A stretch of 64,000 nucleotides of DNA from Clostridia bacterium. GTDB lineage: Bacteria; Bacillota; Clostridia; CAKSNL01; HGM11501. The notes under the pieces were generated by a model, which did no database searches, was not told the DNA's origin, and saw only the letters and a list, made by a program, of their open reading frames with translations. This document shows positions 18,029 to 26,452 of the stretch, piece after piece. Where the stretch lies: NCBI GenBank assembly GCA_045588365.1, contig JAZNEB010000012.1, positions 1,245 to 65,244 on the forward strand. The letters are read 5' to 3'. The position numbers and the translations under genes were made by a program. Positions within the stretch are counted from its first letter, which is position 1. Every line of letters starts with the position of its first letter.

Positions 18029-18817
18029 TTATTTCATTTCGGGGAATTTCTTTGTTACATTATCAAGACTTCTCTTTAAGCAGTCAAAAGCATCTTCGTC
18101 GTAGGTGTAATCCTGCTCAACCAAAGCGTACTGACAGCCCGCTTCGTAAAGTGCCCTTATGTATGAATCGTAATCCAGCACACCTTCGTATATGGGACGA
18201 AGATAAACGGGAAGGTTGTTAAAGCGTCCGTCCTCGGGAAGAGCCTTATAGTCCTTAAGGTGAACAATGGGAAGACGGCCCTTTAAATCGTGAATTAACT
18301 TAACTACGTCTTTTTCACCGTAAGCAGCCCAGCCTAAATCCAATGTAAAGCCGATGGAATCCTCAGGGAAGTCCTCCGCCATACGCTCAAGAACATCTTT
18401 TCCGTCGAATTTTTCAAACTCAAACCAATGGTTGTGATACATAAGCTTAGCGCCTAAATCACGCATTTTGAGAGCAGCAGGGAGGATGAGCTTTTTAAAC
18501 TCGTTATATCCTTCGAGGCTGCCTCTCATATCGTTGGGCATAGCACCGATGCCGATGTGAGAGCAACCGAAAATCTTGTGGTCAGCAACCACCTTTTCGG
18601 TTTCCTCAACGATTTTTTTGATGTCGATGTGTGTGAGAACACACTTTAAGTCGTTTTCCTGGAGCTTGTCCCGAAGCCACTGGGGCTCGTAAGCGCAGGT
18701 ACCCGATACCTGAACTGTCTTGTAGCCCATTTCGGCCACTTTTTTTAGGGAATCTTCAAAGCCTTCGAGTGTTTGTGTCTTACTGCATACTGTGTAAAGC
18801 TGTGCACCTATTTGCAT
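18029..18817 (-). CDS. sugar phosphate isomerase/epimerase (xylose-isomerase-like TIM barrel)
   Basis: AP-endonuclease 2/XylA-like TIM-barrel motifs. The start is set at the internal MQIGAQLYTV because aaggagg lies 7-8 nt upstream on the minus strand. Confidence 0.75.
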   Translation of the reverse strand: MQIGAQLYTVCSKTQTLEGFEDSLKKVAEMGYKTVQVSGTCAYEPQWLRDKLQENDLKCVLTHIDIKKIVEETEKVVADHKIFGCSHIGIGAMPNDMRGSLEGYNEFKKLILPAALKMRDLGAKLMYHNHWFEFEKFDGKDVLERMAEDFPEDSIGFTLDLGWAAYGEKDVVKLIHDLKGRLPIVHLKDYKALPEDGRFNNLPVYLRPIYEGVLDYDSYIRALYEAGCQYALVEQDYTYDEDAFDCLKRSLDNVTKKFPEMK

Positions 18818-18907
18818 TATACTACCTCCTTGTGTATTTTTATAATACATGTGTATCTTACACTATAAATTTTTTTAAGTCAATAGTAAATTGTTTCGTT
18901 TTTGATA

Positions 18908-18936
18908 TTGCAAATTGTGCCATTTTGTGGTATAAT
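18908..18936 (+). promoter_or_regulatory. sigma-A promoter (extended -10) for the condensation-like acyltransferase gene
   Basis: TTGCAA, 17-nt spacer, TGGTATAAT. Confidence 0.5.
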
Positions 18937-18976
18937 AAATCTTGTATTATTGTATGACTCATAGGGAGGTGAAGGG

Positions 18977-20266
18977 ATGGAAAAAGTAAAAAGAAAAACA
19001 TTGAGTTGGGTAAAGCTTGATAATGCGGCCAAGATTTATCCTGCGGCAAGAAGAAAAAACTGGAGCAATGTATTCAGACAGTCCGCAACACTTTCTGAGG
19101 AAGTGGACAAGGGTGTATTAAAGTCTGCCCTGGATGTAACCGTAAAGCGCTTTCCTTCCATTGCAGCCCGCCTGCGAAAGGGTGCTTTCTGGTACTATCT
19201 CCAGGAGGTGGAATATGCCCCCGAAATACAGGAAGAATACAGCTATCCTCTTACTTTTATGAGTAAAGAGGAAATGCGCAGGTGCGCCTTTCGTGTAATT
19301 GCATACCGAAACAGAATAGCTGTTGAATTTTTTCACTCCCTGACCGACGGAACGGGAGCTTTGGTGTTTTTGAAAAATCTGGTTGCCGAATATCTCCAGC
19401 AGAAATATGATATAAAAATCCCATTAGAACATGGGATAGTGGACAGAAGAGAGGCACCTAAAAAGGAAGAACTGGAAGATAGCTTTTTAAAGGTTGCGGG
19501 GGATTTGCCGCTTCCCAGAAAAGACACTGATGCATGGCGAATGAGCGGAGAAAGCGAGAGCGGAGGCTTCCTTAACCTCACCTGCTTCAAAATATCTGTC
19601 AGCGCTCTTTTGGATAAAGCTCATGAATACGAAACCACGCTAACCATATTTTTAAGTGCCGTAATGATGAAGGCTCTTGCAAATCTGCAGAAGGAAAAAA
19701 CGGTATCGTTAAAAAGGCAAAAGCCCATAAAACTGTTGATTCCAGTAAACCTAAGAAGTCTTTATCCATCGAACACCCTCAGAAATTTTGCAATGTTCAC
19801 AATTCCCGAGATAGACCAAAGACAGGGGGAATATACCTTAGATGAAATAATAAAGGTGATTTATCACAAAATGGGAACTGAGGTTACAAAGAAGCATATG
19901 AGCCGTGTTATTGCTGCAAATGTAAAGGATGAGAAAAATATGCTCTTGAGGGTAGTGCCTCTGCCCATTAAAAATGTGGTAATGAAAGCAGTTTTTGACA
20001 GTGTAGGGGAGAAAAAGGCCTGCCTTAATCTTTCCAATATGGGGCTTGTCAGATTGCCTGACATTATGAAAAAATATGTAACCAGAATGGATTTTATACT
20101 TGGTGTTCAGGCGGCTGCACCCTATAACTGCGGTGTTTTATCCTACGGTGATACCGTATATATCAATTTTATAAGAAATATAAGAAAGCCCGACCTTGAA
20201 AGACATTTCTATAAAGTCTTAAAAGAGCTTGGGATTGACGCAGTTTTAGAAAGCAACAGAAAGTGA
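18977..20266 (+). CDS. HxxxD-type acyltransferase (condensation-domain / WS-DGAT / PapA5-like fold), standalone
   Basis: Motif HSLTDGTG (HxxxDG) about 120 aa from the N-terminus. Size 429 aa. No adenylation or carrier domains nearby. Confidence 0.5.
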   Translation: MEKVKRKTLSWVKLDNAAKIYPAARRKNWSNVFRQSATLSEEVDKGVLKSALDVTVKRFPSIAARLRKGAFWYYLQEVEYAPEIQEEYSYPLTFMSKEEMRRCAFRVIAYRNRIAVEFFHSLTDGTGALVFLKNLVAEYLQQKYDIKIPLEHGIVDRREAPKKEELEDSFLKVAGDLPLPRKDTDAWRMSGESESGGFLNLTCFKISVSALLDKAHEYETTLTIFLSAVMMKALANLQKEKTVSLKRQKPIKLLIPVNLRSLYPSNTLRNFAMFTIPEIDQRQGEYTLDEIIKVIYHKMGTEVTKKHMSRVIAANVKDEKNMLLRVVPLPIKNVVMKAVFDSVGEKKACLNLSNMGLVRLPDIMKKYVTRMDFILGVQAAAPYNCGVLSYGDTVYINFIRNIRKPDLERHFYKVLKELGIDAVLESNRK

Positions 20267-20276
20267 GGCGGGAAGA

Positions 20277-20969
20277 ATGTATTGTATAAAATGCGGAGCA
20301 AAGCTTGAGACAAGCGAAGGTGTTTGTCCCTTGTGCGGCACAAGGGTGTATCATCCTGATATTACTATTGAAAAAGAAAAAAAGCTTTATCCTAAGGATA
20401 AAATGCCAAAGGTAAAGCACCGTTCCGCCATGTTTAACGGGGCAATTATAATAATGTTTCTTATACCCCTGGTGGTTTCCTTTCTGGCGGATTATAACTT
20501 CGACGGAGTGATTGAATGGTTCGGATATGTTTTTGGTGCACTTATCATAGGGTATAGTGCATTCGCTCTGCCTCTGTGGTTTAAAAGGCCCAATCCCGTT
20601 ATTTTCACTCCCTGCGTTGCGGCGGAAACAGTGGGATATCTTTTTTACATAAACCAGGTAACAAAGGGAGATTGGTTCCTCTCCTTTGCATTCCCCGTTG
20701 CCGGAGGCTTCGGTCTTATTGCAACCGCCGTTGTAACCTTACTTCACTACATTAAAAAGGGAAGACTTTATATATGGGGCGGAGCATTCACTCTTACGGG
20801 ATGCTTTGTTATGCTGATAGAATTTTTTATAGTTATAACCTTTGATATTGAGTTTTTGGGCTGGTCCTTGTATCCTCTTTCGGTGCTTGTGCTTTTAGGA
20901 GGACTCTTGCTCTATCTGGCAATCAATAAATCAGCTCAGGAGGTTATGGAAAGAAAGCTTTTCTTTTAA
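20277..20969 (+). CDS. zinc-ribbon domain membrane protein
   Basis: N-terminal CIKCGAKLETSEGVCPLCG zinc ribbon followed by about 5 TM helices. Confidence 0.5.
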   Translation: MYCIKCGAKLETSEGVCPLCGTRVYHPDITIEKEKKLYPKDKMPKVKHRSAMFNGAIIIMFLIPLVVSFLADYNFDGVIEWFGYVFGALIIGYSAFALPLWFKRPNPVIFTPCVAAETVGYLFYINQVTKGDWFLSFAFPVAGGFGLIATAVVTLLHYIKKGRLYIWGGAFTLTGCFVMLIEFFIVITFDIEFLGWSLYPLSVLVLLGGLLLYLAINKSAQEVMERKLFF

Positions 20970-21011
20970 TAGAATAAGGAAGAAAAAATACTTTGCATAA
21001 AGGAGTATATT

Positions 21012-22154
21012 ATGAGAAAAATTGTGGTAGCAATTGATTCTTTCAAGGGAAGCCTTTCTACATTTGAGGCAGGTAATGCAATAAAGGAAGCGGCAAAAGA
21101 AGTATATAAGGATGCAGAGGTTGTAATATCTCCCATTGCTGATGGCGGAGAGGGCACGGTTGAAGCCATTGTAACTGCATCAGGCGGAGAATTTGTAAAA
21201 ACGGTTGTCAGCAATCCTTTGGGGAAAAAGATTGAGGCTTTATATGGTTTTATACCGAATAGGAAAACAGCCATAATTGAGATGTCTGCTGCTTCGGGCA
21301 TCACATTGATAAATGACAGCGAAAGAAACCCCCTTAATACCACAACTTTTGGAGTTGGGGAAATGATTTTGGATGCCACAGCAAAAGGATGCCGTAAATT
21401 TATTATAGGAATAGGCGGAAGTGCAACAAACGATGGTGGCGTGGGAATGCTTCAGGCACTTGGTTTTGAATTTCTGGATAAAAACTGAGAGCAAATTTCA
21501 CTTGGAGCAAAAGGGCTTAAAGACCTTGTTGCAATAAGGACGGATAATGCCGCAAAGGAACTTAAGGAATGCTCCTTTTGTGTGGCGTGTGATGTGAAAA
21601 ATGTTCTTTGCGGAGAGGAAGGCTGCAGTGCCATATACGGACCGCAAAAGGGTGCAACTCCCCGAATGATAAAAGATATGGACTTGTGGCTTGGAAATTA
21701 TGCAAAGCTTACAAAAAAAGTAATTCTTAAATCAGATGCAAACGCTCCGGGAACAGGAGCGGCAGGTGGAATGGGGTTTGCTCTGCTGTCCTACCTTAAT
21801 GCAACATTAAAATCAGGAATTGAACTTGTTATAAACGAAACAGAGCTTGAAAAGCACATAAAAGATGCGGATTTGATTATAACAGGCGAGGGCAGACTTG
21901 ACGGCCAGTCCTACATGGGTAAAGCGCCTGTAGGAGTAGCTAAGCTTGCTAAAAAGTATAATAAAACGGTGGTTGCCTTTTCAGGATGCGTAACAGATGA
22001 TGCGGTTTTGTGTAACGAACACGTAATTGATGCATTTTTCCCGATTGTGAGAAAGCCATGCACTTTGGAAGAAGCCATGAATGTTGATAATGCCTGTAAG
22101 AACTTAAAAGATACAGCAATACAGGCGTTCAGATTGTTAAATACAAGGGCTTAA
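21012..22154 (+). pseudogene. glxK: glycerate kinase interrupted by a single in-frame TGA (codon 159, at 21486-21488)
   Basis: N-terminal part (VVAIDSFKGSLS) and C-terminal part (YGPQKGATP, ITGEGRLDGQS) are in the same reading frame. They are separated only by one TGA, and the translation continues to resemble glycerate kinase across it. Confidence 0.8.
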
Positions 22155-22226
22155 GTGTGCATTGCGAAGCAATGCAGCGATATATGCTAAAGCAATCGAA
22201 GATTGCATATCAACTAGCTCTTTAGT

Positions 22227-22243
22227 CCTGACTTGACACGAGT
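22227..22243 (+). repeat. 17-bp direct repeat copy 1 (cctgacttgacacgagt)
   Basis: Identical to 24784-24800. It contains a TTGACA hexamer and lies about 60 nt upstream of the start of the zinc-ribbon/nuclease gene. Confidence 0.8.
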
Positions 22244-22306
22244 AAAAATTGTGTCGAATGGTGCTGAATGATGCCAAATAGTGTTGAAAAATGAAATTAA
22301 AAGGAG

Positions 22307-23796
22307 TTGAGTATTATGGCAGAAAAGAAAGAAAAAAGATATGTGAGCGATAATGCTCAACTTATGGCTGAATGGGATTGGGAGAAAAATGATGAATTAA
22401 ATTTCTATCCTGAAACATTAACTCTTGGTAGCCATAAAAAAGTATGGTGGAAATGCAGCAATAGACACGAGTGGCAAGCAACGATAAAAGATAGAAATAG
22501 AGGTCGTGGCTGCCCTTATTGTACAAGCCAAAAACTTCTAAAGGGCTACAACGATTTGCAAACGATTAATCCGATTTTAGCAAAAGAATGGAATGACAAA
22601 AAGAATAATGGCTTAACACCTATGGATGTAATGCCTAACAGCCATAAAAAAGTATGGTGGAAATGTGACAAAGGGCACGAGTGGCAAGCAAGGATAGAAC
22701 ATAGAAATAACGGTCGCGGATGCCCTATTTGTAATGCTGAACGCACCACGTCTTTTCCTGAATATGCGATTATGTACTACCTTGAAAAATATGGTTTAGA
22801 TGTAGTGCATTTGTATAGAGAAAAAGGCTATGAATTAGATATTTATATTCCGTCTAAAAAGATTGCTATTGAATATGATGGTGGTTTTTGGCATGGAAAT
22901 AAAACAAAAAAAGATTTGGAAAAAAATCAAAAGTGTGTAAAAGATGGGATACAATTATATAGAATAAGAGAAGGATTAACATCGTTGAAAGGGAGTTCTA
23001 TAGACTATATTGTTCAAGAAAAACAGAAAGATTTACCCAAAATACTTAAAGAAGTTTTAAGCAAGATAATCGGAACGGATGTTGATGTTGATATAGAAAG
23101 AGATGCTATTCCTATAGAGAATTTGAGGGAATACACTGAAAAAGAAAAATCCATTTTGTTTTCTAATCCAAAGGTAGCTGCTGAATGGAATTATGAAAAA
23201 AATGGAAATTTGAAACCAGAGCACGTTACAGCTAATAGTAATAAAAAAGTATGGTGGAAGTGTAGCAAAGGACACGAGTGGCAAGCAACAATAGACAATA
23301 GAAATAACGGGAACGGATGTCCTTATTGCTCGGGTCGATATGCTGTTAAAGGCGAAAATGATTTACAAACAGCTAATCCAACTTTGGCAAAAGAATGGAA
23401 CTATGAAAAAAACAATGAAATGGCACCGATCGATGTAACTCCTAATAGCAATAAAAAAGTATGGTGGAAGTGTGACAAAGGACACGAGTGGCAAGCAACG
23501 ATAAATAATAGAAACAATGGAAGCGGATGTCCATATTGTGCAAGTCGGAGAGTCTTAAAAGGCTTTAACGATTTCAAACAGCTAATCCAACATTAGCAAA
23601 GGAATGGAACTATGAGAAAAATAATGGCCTATCTCCTATGAACGTAATGCCTAACAGCCATAAAAAAGTATGGTGGAAATGTAGCCAAGGACATGAATGG
23701 CAAGCGACAATAGCGAGTAGAAATGGTGGTCGAGGATGTCGCGAATGTACGAAGGAAAAGCGAAACATACATAAAAAAGGTATCGTTAAAAAATAA
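22307..23796 (+). pseudogene. tandem zinc-ribbon (DUF4379-like) repeat protein fused to a Vsr/DUF559-like PD-(D/E)XK nuclease fold, disrupted by a 1-nt deletion near 23574
   Basis: Five repeats of HKKVWWKC..GHEWQA.I..RN.G.GCPYC. The central region IAIEYDGGFWHG with ELDIYIP resembles very-short-patch-repair/DUF559 endonuclease folds. The frame changes after the 4th repeat where gatttcaaacag replaces the gatttacaaacag of the paralogous repeat. The shifted frame encodes a 5th repeat and ends at 23796. Confidence 0.6.
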
Positions 23797-23841
23797 GTAT
23801 TATTTGTAGTGATAAAATTTGAAATATTAGGAGAGTAACAT

Positions 23842-24561
23842 ATGGATGAAAGACTTGATAATGTTAAAACAGAACTTCATAATTATCAAGAAATAGAAAG
23901 TATAAAGACTAATCCCGTTGTGAAACTGGGAATTGGTTTAATGAAACAATATATTCCAATATTAGGTGAAATAATAGATTGTGGAATAGATAAAAATTTA
24001 GAAAAGAAACAAAAAGCAAAAAGAGAAGAATTAATAAGTATTATTTTAAGTGATGACAAACTTATTACAAGCGAAATGGTAAATGATACTGAGTTTATTA
24101 TTAATTTTTTCAAAACCATCGAGGCGGTAGATCGACTTGCTACAAATGATAAAATAGTGTATTTTGGAAATCTTTTTAAAAATGGATACTTAAATGAAGA
24201 TAGAATACAAGCTTATAAATTTGAAGAATACTTTAATATAATCAATTCACTTTCCTATAGGCAGTTGGACTTGCTTGCTCTATTACACACATATAATACA
24301 AAGGAATTTTTATGTGAAGATGAAAAGGAAGAAGATAGTAAGAGATGGATGTTATTTAAGGAAGATGCTTGTAAGATTTTTGATATAACTGGAGATGACT
24401 TAATAGCTATTTTAAAGTCTGCTGAAAAATCTGGATTATGTAAAGAAGTAGTTGGAGCAATATACGGTTATCATGGTGGTAGATTTGAAGCTACATCATT
24501 ATTAAAAGATTTTGTTTCTTTTACAATTTCTCGAAATTCTGCCTTTGAAAGCAACATCTAA
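23842..24561 (+). CDS. hypothetical protein (239 aa), no recognisable domain, AT-rich codon usage
   Basis: Intact ORF with RBS aggaga 7 nt upstream. Its composition is distinct from the flanking core genes. Confidence 0.35.
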   Translation: MDERLDNVKTELHNYQEIESIKTNPVVKLGIGLMKQYIPILGEIIDCGIDKNLEKKQKAKREELISIILSDDKLITSEMVNDTEFIINFFKTIEAVDRLATNDKIVYFGNLFKNGYLNEDRIQAYKFEEYFNIINSLSYRQLDLLALLHTYNTKEFLCEDEKEEDSKRWMLFKEDACKIFDITGDDLIAILKSAEKSGLCKEVVGAIYGYHGGRFEATSLLKDFVSFTISRNSAFESNI

Positions 24562-24783
24562 ATTTAATATATAAATAGTTTGCTGATTTATAATATTTAC
24601 ATATCGGGCAGGAAAATCTAACATTCCTGCGGGTTCTAAGGAAAAGTGTTAAGAGAAAAAGCAGTGAAAAATCAGGGGAAAGTAGTAGGTCCTAATACGA
24701 GCTTGCGAGTATCAAGGTTCTCCGAAATATAGAAATCTTTGATTTCGTTATATTTCGTGATGGTTCTTATTATTCACTGTTCG

Positions 24784-24800
24784 CCTGACTTGACACGAGT
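24784..24800 (+). repeat. 17-bp direct repeat copy 2 (cctgacttgacacgagt)
   Basis: Perfect match to 22227-22243, about 40 nt upstream of the GNAT gene start. Confidence 0.8.
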
Positions 24801-24838
24801 CGAAAGATGTTCAAAAATTGAAAAAAGCAGGTGATATT

Positions 24839-25410
24839 ATGGAAATAAAAATACCCCAAAAAGCAGAACAGGAAAAATACTATGATGAAATTCTTGATAT
24901 GCTTACTCTGGCGGATGATGAATTTGTACCGCCCTTATCTTTAAGAAGCTCAACGGTGCAATCTGACTTGAAAAACACCAAAAAGGTAGAAGGCGGAGTT
25001 CTTTCCTATTTTGAGGAAAAAAACAAAGAATTATGATTGCGAAAGAAGACGGGAAGACCGTTGCTTTTGTTGCATACAGAGAAAATTTCACAAACGAAAA
25101 AATTACAGAAGAGCATCTTCCGAATATCTACATTTCCACATTGATTGTGCGCCCGGAGGGACGGGGAATGGGGCTGACACAGAAAATGTATCAGACTTTA
25201 TTTTCAGAATATGAAAAAGCTTGGTTTTTTACAAGAACCTGGTCAACTAATATGGCACATATAAAAATTCTTTCAAAGTTTAATTTTGAGACGATGTGCG
25301 TGATTAAAAATGACAGGGGCGAGGGGATTGACACAGTTTATTTCAAAAAAAGCCCGAAAGATAGGAAGAAAAATAATGCAAAAAGTAATAGTGATTGGTT
25401 GTCCCGGTAG
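24839..25410 (+). CDS. GNAT family N-acetyltransferase, split into two overlapping ORFs at an A7 run (24818-25036 and 25033-25410)
   Basis: The downstream ORF carries GNAT motif A (IVRPEGRGMGLTQKM) and the beta4-beta7 core. The upstream ORF looks like the missing alpha1/alpha2/beta1. The junction is ttATGAttg at an a7 homopolymer (25018-25024). Confidence 0.55.
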
Positions 25411-25885
25411 TGGCAAAAGCACCTTTGGACGGGAACTTGCACGTATTACAGGTTTGCCCTTATATCACCTTGATATGATGTATTGGAATGAGGATAAAAC
25501 AACTGTTTCAAAAGAAGTTTTTGCAGAGCGGTTAAAAAAGGTAATGAATAAGTCTGAATGGATTATTGACGGCAATTATGAGGGCAGCATGGAAATGCGA
25601 CTTAAAGAGTGCGATACTGTTTTCTTTCTGGATTATCCCACCGACATATGTATTAAGGGAATTGAAGAAAGAAAAGGAAAGCCTCGCTCTGATATGCCCT
25701 GGATTGAAAATGATACTACGGACAAGGATTTTATTGCCTTTATAAAAAATTACAATATCGAAAGCAGACCGAAAGTTATTAACCTGTTGGAGAGGTATTC
25801 TTCAAAGAATATTATAATATTTCAAACCAGAGCAGAGTCGGAAAAATACTTATCGTTACTGAAAAATAAAGGCGTATGTAAATAG
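25373..25885 (+). CDS. P-loop NTPase of the adenylate-kinase-like / topology-modulation-protein family
   Basis: MQKVIVIGCPGSGKSTFGRELA Walker A at the N-terminus. Length about 170 aa. Confidence 0.6.
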   Translation: MMQKVIVIGCPGSGKSTFGRELARITGLPLYHLDMMYWNEDKTTVSKEVFAERLKKVMNKSEWIIDGNYEGSMEMRLKECDTVFFLDYPTDICIKGIEERKGKPRSDMPWIENDTTDKDFIAFIKNYNIESRPKVINLLERYSSKNIIIFQTRAESEKYLSLLKNKGVCK

Positions 25886-25894
25886 AAAGAAAAT

Positions 25895-25933
25895 GCCTCC
25901 CTTGCCTAAAGGGAGGGGGACCACCGAAGGTGG
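25895..25933. repeat. GC-rich tandem hairpin element (REP-like), left flank of the DUF559 gene
   Basis: Hairpins cctccctt-gcct-aagggagg, then ggg-acc, then ccacc-gaa-ggtgg. gcctcccttgcc (25895-25906) is the exact inverted complement of 26377-26388. Confidence 0.55.
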
Positions 25934-25944
25934 TGGAGGGATAT

Positions 25945-26349
25945 ATGGATAGAAAACATAATACGAATTTAACTGCTAATGCAAGAACTTTGCGTAAGAA
26001 TATGACAAAAGAAGAAAGACATCTTTGGTATGATTTCTTGAAAAGTTATCCCGTTAGATTTTTAAGACAAAAAGTAATTGATAATTATATAGCTGATTTT
26101 TATTGTCGTAGTGCAAGACTTATAATTGAACTTGATGGTTCACAACATTATGAGGAAAAAGGTTTGTTGAAAGATAAAATAAGAACTGAAAGAATTGAGA
26201 AACGAAACTTGACAGTTATCAGAATACCTAACAACGAAGTTAATAGGAATTTTGAGGGAGTATGTCGGTATATAAATAACGTTGCAGAAGAATCCCTCCG
26301 TCAGTCTTCGACTGACACCTCCCGGGAATCCCCCAGTCAACTTCGTTGA
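25945..26349 (+). CDS. DUF559 (Vsr-like) endonuclease-domain protein
   Basis: Motif LIIELDGSQH, and KNMTKEERHLWYDFLKSYPVRFLRQKVIDNYIADFYC matching the DUF559 consensus. RBS ggtggaggg precedes the ATG at 25945. Confidence 0.75.
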   Translation: MDRKHNTNLTANARTLRKNMTKEERHLWYDFLKSYPVRFLRQKVIDNYIADFYCRSARLIIELDGSQHYEEKGLLKDKIRTERIEKRNLTVIRIPNNEVNRNFEGVCRYINNVAEESLRQSSTDTSRESPSQLR

Positions 26350-26351
26350 CA

Positions 26352-26388
26352 GCCCCCTTTAGGCAAGGGGGCCGATGGCAAGGGAGGC
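26352..26388. repeat. GC-rich hairpin element (REP-like), right flank of the DUF559 gene; inverted relative to 25895-25919
   Basis: Hairpin gccccctt-taggc-aagggggc followed by ggcaagggaggc, the reverse complement of the left-flank sequence. Confidence 0.55.
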
Positions 26389-26452
26389 TTTGATGCGTTG
26401 TATCTAAATCTTATGACTCGAAATAATAAATGCTGCTTTAAGGAGTGGTGCT

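Noticed and set aside
21486-21488. Possibility that TGA is recoded (Gly/Trp) genome-wide, making glxK intact
   Set aside because: Many convincing genes in the window terminate at TGA exactly where homologs end (for example the permease at 8898-8900, the DUF559 gene at 26347-26349 and ispE). Global recoding is therefore unlikely. A local nonsense mutation or error is more parsimonious.
22307-23796. Repetitive DNA in the zinc-ribbon gene as a CRISPR array or other non-coding repeat
   Set aside because: The repeats are about 160 nt apart with no short unique spacers. They are in-frame and encode a conserved Cys/His-containing protein motif. This is a coding tandem-repeat gene, not a CRISPR array, and no cas genes are nearby.
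25011-25214. ORF 25011-25214 (MRKKTKNYDCERRRE...)
   Set aside because: It is the third frame across the GNAT split region, has a low-complexity Arg/Cys-rich product, and is overlapped by two frames with clear GNAT homology.
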